Virus record (IMG/VR): IMGVR_UViG_3300035670_000019
Coordinates: 64,001-128,000 of that record
DNA length: 64,000 nucleotides
From: a virus
Reading direction: 5' to 3' (one strand)
Shown here: in pieces, positions 57,363 to 64,000 of the stretch
How the letters are laid out: each line of letters begins with the position of its first letter
Numbering within the stretch: position 1 is the first letter of the stretch
Notes under the pieces: model-generated
Told to the model about the DNA's origin: nothing
Databases searched by the model: none
What the model saw: only the letters and a program-made list of their open reading frames with translations
Program-made: the position numbers and the translations under genes

Positions 57363-59648
57363 ATGAAAAAATTAATTTCCGTTCTGTTATTAACAGTTTT
57401 TTCTATCATAGGTTTCTCCCAAAACTTAGTTGAGAATGTTAATAACCAAGTAATCTTAAGATACAAGCAAGGTACTCCTTATAGACTTGTAGACGCATTC
57501 ACTGAATTTTATAATGTTCCTGTAGTTGCTCAATATGATCAACTTGGAATGATTGTAGTACAATTCTCTGGTAACTATGATGATTTCTATAAGAGCTGTA
57601 CTGACAGTGACTTATTTGACATTATCGAGCGAGATCAAGTTCAAGAAATGAAGATGGATTATATTCCAAATGATCCTGAATTTTCTTCTTGCTGGCATCT
57701 AAGACAATCAACTGATAAAGATATTGATGCTGATGAGGCTTGGGACTTGCTCCCAACTACCAATCAGTGGGTATCAGTTGCAATGTTTGATGGTGGTTTA
57801 GATATGACAATCCCTGACTTTGCAGGCAACATTGATAGCCCGTTTAACGCTGTTAATGGTACTAATGCTATTCCATATGTTAATTCATATGACAATCACG
57901 GTACTACTTGCTCAGGTACAATCGCCGCTAGAACTAATAATGGCATTGGTGTTAGTAGTGTAGGTAATAACTACGTTAGAGTTATGCCTGTTAACATCAT
58001 GTCACAGGTTTATAGTGGTGGTAGTTTTAGTACAACATCTACCATTCAAATCGCGGCTGTTAATGCTGCTATGAATAATCCAAACTGTGTTGCTATTGCA
58101 ATGTCATATGGTGGTAGTACATATTCAGCAGCTTTAGATGCTGCTTTCCAATCTGCTAGAATAAATGGTAGAGGCGGAAAAGGAATGATGGTATTTGCTT
58201 CTTCAGGCAATAATTACTCAGGAACCGCTGCTCAATACCCAGCCCAATATCCTGCAGTGTGGGGTGTAGGTGCAACAACAAGTTCAGATGTTAGAGCATC
58301 TTTCTCTAATTATGGTCAAATTTGTGATATCTCAGCCCCAGGACAAGGTATTAGAACAATTGATAGACCAGGTGCTGATGGTTATGTGGCTGGTGATTAC
58401 CATTCAATTAGTGGTACTTCCTTTAGTTGCCCTATCACAGCAGCTGCCTCCGCGGTTATTGCTTATAAAAACTGGGAATTGACTGATGATGAAATTTTAC
58501 AAATTCTATCTTCAACTTGTGAAAAAGTAGGTGGTTATACTTATTCTAATGATCCTGCTTGGCCTTATAGTACCCGTAGTAATGAATTGGGTTATGGTCG
58601 TATCAATCTTAAAAACGCTGTTGTAGCCACACCAAACCCAGGTGGCCCACCACCACCACCTCCGACTATTGTATCTAACTACACTGTTAATAACATCATT
58701 GTATCTCCAGCAAGTGTTAACTTAGGAAGTACTATTTTAGTAGACTACACTGCTCACGTTATGGAAGAAATTAACGTGTTGTCAACATTTGCTACTTTTG
58801 TAAAAGTACAATATCGTTACTCAACCAATCCTACTTTAGGTGATGCTGATGATATTATCATTGGCATTGATAGTGTTAGTTTAGGTGGTGGAATCAACTC
58901 AGTAACTAACTCATTCTCATATACAGTAGGTGGAACAGCAGGTACAAGATATATTTTTGTAACTATAAATTATGATAATGCAGTTGAGGAAACTATAACT
59001 ACAGATAATACTAGTTTTAAAGCATTTAATGTTATTAATCCTTCCTTTACTGGTACTGATGTTAGAATTGAATTAGTACAACCAGTAGCTAATCCTTGGA
59101 CTACATCTTTACAAGTTGTCAACACACAATGGAGAGCGGTTAATACAGGTACTGTTCCTATTACTCAAATTAATTATACTAGAGGATGGGTTGATTGTAC
59201 AGCTGCTTTTGGATGTATTACTAATAACACTTGGACAGGTAACTTACAACCAGGCCAATCAACACTACTACCAGCTAATAACTCTTACATAAGCATTAAT
59301 CTATGCCATCCAATACGTTGTGCTGTACCAGTAGGCACTTCTAATACTTTTAGACTAAATGTAGTTAGTGTTAATGGATCAACTGGTGATGCTGATTTGA
59401 CTAATAATAGATTAGATTTAGTATTTAATCGAATTAGTACAAGTCAAGAAGATATCATTGGTAACTATCCTTTAATAGATGATCCAAATTCTATTTACAT
59501 TGAGGATGAGTTTCCTGTTTCTGTTGATATTTATACCGTGACAGGCATGTTGTTGGATATCAATAGATACAATGAATTGCCTAGTGGAATCTATATTTTA
59601 AAAGCGAATTATTTAGACCGCTCTGAAACATTTAAATGGGCTAAATAA
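57363..59648 (+). CDS. Secreted S8 subtilisin-like protease with Ig/CARDB-like domains and T9SS-type C-terminal domain
   Basis: Signal peptide ending GFS-Q; triad MFDGG, HGTTCSG, GTSFSCP; SGN oxyanion; poly-Pro linker; C-terminus VDIYTVTG...LPSGIYIL...ETFK. Confidence 0.85.
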   Translation: MKKLISVLLLTVFSIIGFSQNLVENVNNQVILRYKQGTPYRLVDAFTEFYNVPVVAQYDQLGMIVVQFSGNYDDFYKSCTDSDLFDIIERDQVQEMKMDYIPNDPEFSSCWHLRQSTDKDIDADEAWDLLPTTNQWVSVAMFDGGLDMTIPDFAGNIDSPFNAVNGTNAIPYVNSYDNHGTTCSGTIAARTNNGIGVSSVGNNYVRVMPVNIMSQVYSGGSFSTTSTIQIAAVNAAMNNPNCVAIAMSYGGSTYSAALDAAFQSARINGRGGKGMMVFASSGNNYSGTAAQYPAQYPAVWGVGATTSSDVRASFSNYGQICDISAPGQGIRTIDRPGADGYVAGDYHSISGTSFSCPITAAASAVIAYKNWELTDDEILQILSSTCEKVGGYTYSNDPAWPYSTRSNELGYGRINLKNAVVATPNPGGPPPPPPTIVSNYTVNNIIVSPASVNLGSTILVDYTAHVMEEINVLSTFATFVKVQYRYSTNPTLGDADDIIIGIDSVSLGGGINSVTNSFSYTVGGTAGTRYIFVTINYDNAVEETITTDNTSFKAFNVINPSFTGTDVRIELVQPVANPWTTSLQVVNTQWRAVNTGTVPITQINYTRGWVDCTAAFGCITNNTWTGNLQPGQSTLLPANNSYISINLCHPIRCAVPVGTSNTFRLNVVSVNGSTGDADLTNNRLDLVFNRISTSQEDIIGNYPLIDDPNSIYIEDEFPVSVDIYTVTGMLLDINRYNELPSGIYILKANYLDRSETFKWAK

Positions 59649-59713
59649 TTTTCATGGTTGTTAGTTGCACTTAAGCCGTTACGATTGGCTAAGTAACTAA
59701 TTAAACCTTAAAT

Positions 59714-60085
59714 ATGAAACACTTATTTTTAGCTTTATTGCTAGCAATAGGTTTCGCTGCAAGTGCTCAGGTTGATGGAATGTTTGCTTTTACCCTTGAT
59801 GGGGAACAAGATACTGTTTTTAGCATGTATAATGTCTCCCCAGATATTAGAAATGAATTAAAAGATTATCTAATAGAAGCAATTCATGGATATGAAGTAA
59901 TTGATGGTGGATGGATAATAGATTTACCTAATAGTAACTCTAGGGTATTAGGTGATTTGTTTTTAATAGAAACCCACAATTGTGTTTTATTTGATTTTTA
60001 TGTTGATGAAATAAAATACTCAGATGGTACGAGTTACCAAGCTGAACGTTTTAAAAAACCTCTTAGAGTATTAAATAAATATTAA
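59714..60085 (+). CDS. Exported hypothetical protein
   Basis: Signal peptide ending ASA-Q. Confidence 0.6.
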   Translation: MKHLFLALLLAIGFAASAQVDGMFAFTLDGEQDTVFSMYNVSPDIRNELKDYLIEAIHGYEVIDGGWIIDLPNSNSRVLGDLFLIETHNCVLFDFYVDEIKYSDGTSYQAERFKKPLRVLNKY

Positions 60086-60145
60086 AGAATAATTTTGACA
60101 TATTACTAAATTTTCATATATTTATAATATATAAAAGATAAACCA

Positions 60146-60463
60146 ATGAATAAAGATTTTAATGTGTATAAGTGGAGACGTGATCATTTAGTTGAGAATG
60201 AAATAGATGCATCACCTGAATATCAAGTAGCTAAAAAATTTACTGAAAAATACTCCACCCAACCAAATATAAAATTTAGTGATCGTGGTCAGGGTAAATA
60301 TCGAGTTCAATTATATGATAGTAATTCAAAATTTGATTTTAATAATCTTGAAAGTAAAAAAGAAGCAAAAGAATTTTTTGAAAGCGAAGGATACACAGTT
60401 GATATTAACTTAGATGATAGGTCTAGAAGCTGGATATGGGATTTTGATTTCAAAAAGATTTAA
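60146..60463 (+). CDS. Protein with MNKDFNVYKWRRDHLVE leader, putative internal virion protein
   Basis: Class 2 motif at 60118; followed by a terminator-promoter unit. Confidence 0.5.
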   Translation: MNKDFNVYKWRRDHLVENEIDASPEYQVAKKFTEKYSTQPNIKFSDRGQGKYRVQLYDSNSKFDFNNLESKKEAKEFFESEGYTVDINLDDRSRSWIWDFDFKKI

Positions 60464-60485
60464 AAACACCTTCATAAAATAAAAT

Positions 60486-60514
60486 TAGGCCTTCGGGCCT
60501 TTTTTTATTATACT
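60486..60514 (+). terminator. Intrinsic terminator (UUCG loop) fused with variant class 1 promoter
   Basis: AGGCC-TTCG-GGCCT then T-tract; TAGGCC at 60486, TATACT at 60509. Confidence 0.75.
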
Positions 60515-60533
60515 TAGTCTAAACTTAAACACT

Positions 60534-61097
60534 ATGAAAAAATTATTAATTTTAACTGCTATACTAGCAGTAGTGATTTGTATTGTTTCTTTTAGTAATA
60601 AAGAAACACCTGTTAAACTAAATTCCGCTCAACGACTGTACGCATCCATTATGACATATGCTAAACAGTACAATGTACCTTTACATGTTGCGTTTAATGT
60701 CGCTAGAATAGAGACTGGATATAAAGGTCCATTTCATGATGATTATAATCATAAACAAACTTCAAGTGTTGGAGCGTTAGGTGCTATGCAGATTATGCCT
60801 CAATATGCCTCACATTATGCTGGTTTTAAAGTGAAAAAGCCGGTTTTAAAAGACAGCATTGAGTTGAACGTTAAGATATCTATGAGTATGCTTCGTGAGT
60901 GGTATAACCGTTATAACGACTGGGGTAAAGCCGCTGGTGCTTATAATACAGGTAGACCTGTCATGAATAATTATGCTCGTAATGCAATCAAGAAAAATTA
61001 TATTGACTACTGGATTAAACCAGACTCAACAGATGTTGTACCTGACACTCTAGCTTATTTATCCAGAGTAGATTTGGTAGCTTTCCTTAAAGATTAA
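60534..61097 (+). CDS. Lytic transglycosylase (SLT domain) with N-terminal signal/anchor
   Basis: ARIETG (catalytic Glu), SSVGALGAMQIMP, AYNTG. Confidence 0.85.
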   Translation: MKKLLILTAILAVVICIVSFSNKETPVKLNSAQRLYASIMTYAKQYNVPLHVAFNVARIETGYKGPFHDDYNHKQTSSVGALGAMQIMPQYASHYAGFKVKKPVLKDSIELNVKISMSMLREWYNRYNDWGKAAGAYNTGRPVMNNYARNAIKKNYIDYWIKPDSTDVVPDTLAYLSRVDLVAFLKD

Positions 61098-61099
61098 TT

Positions 61100-61128
61100 T
61101 TGAAGTTTTAAAGAGCAATATTATATTT
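61100..61128 (+). promoter_or_regulatory. Class 1 promoter-like motif TTGAAG-N17-TATATT
   Basis: Same spacing as the other copies. Confidence 0.45.
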
Positions 61129-61145
61129 AATTTAAACCTAAAGTT

Positions 61146-61481
61146 ATGATAAAAACAGTTGCAATTAAAGACAATTACGCAGTACAAATCGTTCCTGATG
61201 CATGGGACAAAAACATTAAAGTTTATTTAGTAGATGAAGTTAATGATGCTCAAACAACATTAGCCACTTGGCAAGGAGGAAGATGGATCTCAGACTCATA
61301 TATGAACCTAAATAAATTCTTTGAAATTATCAATATGTACCCCAAAGTTAAAAAATATCTTAAACAAACATATCAGTATTTAGAAACAAATGTTTATGAG
61401 GCTAACCTTAAAGTATGGTCTAAAACATTTGATTGTTTTAAGAGACGAGTTAAAATTAAAATTTACAGGGCGTTGAAATAA
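61146..61481 (+). CDS. Hypothetical protein
   Basis: AAAGTTATG start. Confidence 0.6.
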   Translation: MIKTVAIKDNYAVQIVPDAWDKNIKVYLVDEVNDAQTTLATWQGGRWISDSYMNLNKFFEIINMYPKVKKYLKQTYQYLETNVYEANLKVWSKTFDCFKRRVKIKIYRALK

Positions 61482-61489
61482 CGCCCTTT
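61467..61489 (+). terminator. Possible terminator hairpin
   Basis: AGGGCGTT-GAAAT-AACGCCCT-TT just before the class 2 motif at 61493; T-tract is short. Confidence 0.45.
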
Positions 61490-61513
61490 ATAATATTTAT
61501 AATAAATGTTACT

Positions 61514-61882
61514 ATGAAACGACTATTAAGATGGCTTAAGTTATGGGATTTTGTTTGGAGTGTACCTCTAGCATTCGTTGGTTTTTTTGTTTATGGAATG
61601 GTTCAAGAAGAAGTATTTGGTGATCCAATGTACTCAACTGACTGGTTCCATAGAGCAATACTTGCTAGTTTAATCATGATTCTATTTAATGGAATTATTT
61701 TAGGTGGAATGTATTTTACATTCAAGGGTATTTATAAGTACTTCTACTCCACAACATCAACTGTTAAAGAAGATTTTAAAGACCTACCCATATGGCTAAA
61801 ACTATCATACTATCCTATTTGCTTCTTTTTATACCTCTATATGCTTATACAGGTGTTCCGAGTGATAATTCCGATTGTCTAA
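61514..61882 (+). CDS. Three-TM membrane protein, holin candidate
   Basis: Three hydrophobic segments; first gene of the cassette with the cell-wall hydrolase. Confidence 0.5.
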   Translation: MKRLLRWLKLWDFVWSVPLAFVGFFVYGMVQEEVFGDPMYSTDWFHRAILASLIMILFNGIILGGMYFTFKGIYKYFYSTTSTVKEDFKDLPIWLKLSYYPICFFLYLYMLIQVFRVIIPIV

Positions 61883-62379
61883 GTGAATATAACTACAAAG
61901 CAGGTGTTGCTGTTCAAATAGCAGATAGCTTTGAAGGTATAAAAGAAATAGGTGACAATCAAGGATTTGACAATAAAAGCTTTGAGCGAATGATGCTTGA
62001 GGTTGGTTGGTGGAAAGGAGCAGCGTGGTGTGCTTTTTCACTTAAACTGATTTATAATCTAGCAGGTATAAAAACAACAGTTACAGGTTGGAGCCCAACA
62101 GCGTATAATAAAAAACATGTTATATTTACTGATGGTAAATTACTTGAACCAATTAAGCCAGGTGACTCAGGTACTTTATCATACGCTAAGTATAAAAACA
62201 ATACAAAACGCTTTAAAGCAATAGGACATGCTTTTATTATTAAAAAAACAATAGGCAATTCAGCTGTAGTAACAGGTGAAGGTAATACAGATGGAAACGG
62301 AAGTAGAGAAGGAAATGGATTCTATGAGAAAATAAGACCGTTAAACGCAAATATACATATAACAAGATGGGACAAGTAA
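61792..62379 (+). CDS. CHAP-like cysteine peptidoglycan hydrolase (endolysin candidate) with signal peptide
   Basis: AWCAF (Cys), GHAFII (His), EGNT. Confidence 0.7.
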   Translation: MAKTIILSYLLLFIPLYAYTGVPSDNSDCLSEYNYKAGVAVQIADSFEGIKEIGDNQGFDNKSFERMMLEVGWWKGAAWCAFSLKLIYNLAGIKTTVTGWSPTAYNKKHVIFTDGKLLEPIKPGDSGTLSYAKYKNNTKRFKAIGHAFIIKKTIGNSAVVTGEGNTDGNGSREGNGFYEKIRPLNANIHITRWDK

Positions 62380-62747
62380 GATATGACAACATTGTAAAAT
62401 GGGTTTTGATAGCAACTGTAGCTATATTCGCCATTGTTAAACTTAAAAACTGCAATAAACCAGCTTCTGATTTCACAGATGAAGAAATTGAATTATTGAA
62501 TAGACAGAAAGACAGTTTAGATAAAGTAACTAGAGAAATTTTAATTGAATACGATACCATTTATATGGATCGAATAGTAGAAACCAAAACCAAAAATAAA
62601 AAATCAAATGAAAAAGTTAAGCGTATTCCTACTCTTACTGATCCTCAGCGTGACAGTGTATGGGCAAAGATTTTCAGCGCCAAGGATAGTCTACCAACTC
62701 GATACTGGGATCTTCTTGAACAGGAGTCAAGAAGAGAAAGTGATTGA
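62367..62747 (+). CDS. N-terminally anchored coiled-coil protein, spanin-like candidate
   Basis: N-terminal TM, coiled coil, overlaps the next gene by 140 nt. Confidence 0.45.
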   Translation: MGQVRYDNIVKWVLIATVAIFAIVKLKNCNKPASDFTDEEIELLNRQKDSLDKVTREILIEYDTIYMDRIVETKTKNKKSNEKVKRIPTLTDPQRDSVWAKIFSAKDSLPTRYWDLLEQESRRESD

Positions 62748-63057
62748 AACTTTCTATTGGAAGAACATTTATAAAGAAAACTTGGACAGTATGTTCCTCC
62801 AAGCATATGACTGTCAATTATACCTTAAAAAACTAAGCCTTAACTATTCTGCTCTATCAGACAGTTATGTTCGTTTAGATGAAAAACATAAAGAATTAAG
62901 ACGTGATTGTACTCTTGAATTAAGAGAAAAAGACGTTCAACTTGATCAAGCACAGATTAAATTGGATAGAGAGAATAATCGAAAACGCAATTGGCGAAGG
63001 GTAGCCTTAGTTGAGGGTGGGATAATTACAACAATTATTTTAATACTAGTACTATAA
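62608..63057 (+). CDS. Exported coiled-coil protein with C-terminal TM, spanin-like candidate
   Basis: Signal peptide ending VYG-Q, coiled coil, terminal hydrophobic helix. Confidence 0.45.
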   Translation: MKKLSVFLLLLILSVTVYGQRFSAPRIVYQLDTGIFLNRSQEEKVIETFYWKNIYKENLDSMFLQAYDCQLYLKKLSLNYSALSDSYVRLDEKHKELRRDCTLELREKDVQLDQAQIKLDRENNRKRNWRRVALVEGGIITTIILILVL

Positions 63058-63060
63058 AGT

Positions 63061-63089
63061 TTGGCCTTCGGGCCATTTTTTATTATATT
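63061..63089 (+). terminator. Intrinsic terminator (UUCG loop) fused with class 1 promoter motif
   Basis: TGGCC-TTCG-GGCCA then T-tract; TTGGCC at 63061, TATATT at 63084. Confidence 0.75.
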
Positions 63090-63115
63090 TAGAGTATAAT
63101 TAAAAAATAAAAGTT

Positions 63116-63706
63116 ATGTTTCTAAAATCACCTATTAATACTTATTTTAATTTGTATCGTTTCAAAAAATACATAAACGATATTGATGGTTATATTACTG
63201 GAGGGTGTTTTAAGGATATTTTTAATAATAAAGATGTAAGGGATATTGATATTTTCTTTTTTAATGAAGAAGGATTTAAAAAAGCAGTAGAAGTATTTCA
63301 AGGTAAGTATAAAAAAACATATGAAAATGATAATTGCATAGCATTCTACGATAAAAAAGAGAAAATTCAAATTGAATTGGTTCGTTCAACTTTTGGGACA
63401 CCTGAAGAAACAATGATGAAGTTTGATTTTACAATTGTAAAAGCATGTTTGTATAAGTATAAAAAAGAGGAAGAAGATGTATTTGAGTTTTTATATCATC
63501 CTAAGTTTTTTGAACATCTACATTGTAATAAACTAGTAATAGATGATGGTATGCCTAAACCTGTAGCTACATTTAATCGAGTTTTAAAGTATACACGTTA
63601 TGGGTTTGGTTTGTGTCGTGAAAGTAAAATTAAATTGGTTAATGCTATCATAACTGAAGGGAATGTAAATGATATTAACGGTGAATTATATTTTGGATTT
63701 GATTGA
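63116..63706 (+). CDS. Nucleotidyltransferase (CCA-adding/poly(A) polymerase head-domain-like)
   Basis: YITGGCFKD...VRDIDIFF, IQIELV, FDFT. Confidence 0.7.
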   Translation: MFLKSPINTYFNLYRFKKYINDIDGYITGGCFKDIFNNKDVRDIDIFFFNEEGFKKAVEVFQGKYKKTYENDNCIAFYDKKEKIQIELVRSTFGTPEETMMKFDFTIVKACLYKYKKEEEDVFEFLYHPKFFEHLHCNKLVIDDGMPKPVATFNRVLKYTRYGFGLCRESKIKLVNAIITEGNVNDINGELYFGFD

Positions 63707-63708
63707 TT

Positions 63709-63756
63709 ATGAATAAATTAGTTGCAATTGGAGATGTTAATTCTATATATTTATAA
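63709..63756 (+). pseudogene. 15-codon stub resembling a metallophosphoesterase N-terminus
   Basis: MNKLVAIGDV then NSIYL*; resembles the (V/I)GD(I/V)HG motif cut just before His. Confidence 0.45.
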
Positions 63757-63767
63757 TAAAATATAAA

Positions 63768-64000
63768 ATGAATTATCAAAGAATATACAATCAAATTATA
63801 GAACGAGCTAAAACAAGACAGTTAAAAGGTTATTTTGAAAGACATCATATTATACCAAAATGTATAGGAGGAAGTAATAATAAAGATAATTTAGTTGATT
63901 TAACAGCTCGAGAACATTTTTTATGTCATCTACTATTATGTGAAATATACCCTGATAGTGATGGTTTAAAGTATGCCTTATATTTAATGAATATAGGTAA
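63768..64000 (+). CDS. HNH homing endonuclease, 3'-truncated by the window edge (not in ORF track)
   Basis: MNYQRIYNQIIERAK...ERHHIIPKCIGGSNNKDNLVDLTAREHFLCHLLL; class 2 motif at 63747. Confidence 0.85.
   Translation, partial: MNYQRIYNQIIERAKTRQLKGYFERHHIIPKCIGGSNNKDNLVDLTAREHFLCHLLLCEIYPDSDGLKYALYLMNIG

Noticed and set aside
58645-58665. CCACCA microsatellite as a contingency locus
   Set aside because: It encodes an in-frame poly-Pro linker with mixed codons; unit changes would not shift the frame.
210-63370. All minus-strand ORFs in the supplied track and short + strand ORFs nested in other frames (e.g. 4650..4877, 58270..58482)
   Set aside because: They lie within well-supported + strand genes, have no recognisable motifs and look like shadow ORFs.
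1-64000. Alternative genetic code (stop codon reassignment)
   Set aside because: Conserved genes (PolB, GroEL, NrdA, ThyA) are full length under the standard code and coding density is already near complete.
1-64000. tRNA, rRNA or CRISPR array
   Set aside because: No cloverleaf or T-loop signature and no regularly spaced repeats were seen; the apparent gaps hold small ORFs or regulatory motifs. A tRNAscan/Infernal run would be needed to be certain.

Overview
The window is a gene-dense, AT-rich segment with all credible genes on the + strand. It reads as part of a large T4-like (myovirus-type) phage genome, most likely infecting Bacteroidota. Host clues are the absence of obvious Shine-Dalgarno sites, AAGTTATG-type start contexts, Gln after predicted signal-peptide cleavage sites and a T9SS-type C-terminal domain. 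In order it carries: the end of a baseplate module; a replication/recombination module (divergent PolA-like protein, gp32 SSB, UvsX/RecA, 5'-3' exonuclease, DnaB-like helicase, NrdB/NrdA); a 7-deazaguanine DNA-modification locus (DpdA-like, QueC, QueD, QueE, FolE) interleaved with an HPRT, an NTP pyrophosphatase and family B DNA polymerase; sliding clamp, GroES/GroEL and clamp loader; an ~11 kb glycosyl/methyltransferase island; many small accessory genes with ClpP and ThyA; a secreted subtilase; a lytic transglycosylase and lysis cassette; and free-standing endonucleases. Two promoter-like motifs recur: TTGGCN-N17-TATATT (15 copies found by eye) and ATAT(T/G)TAT(A/T). Five copies of the first are fused with an intrinsic terminator, and each closes a cassette that starts with the second motif. 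Several cassette proteins share N-terminal leaders ending in (L/I)-x-E, suggesting swappable capsid-packaged effectors. All calls come from motif reading by eye; no database searches were run.
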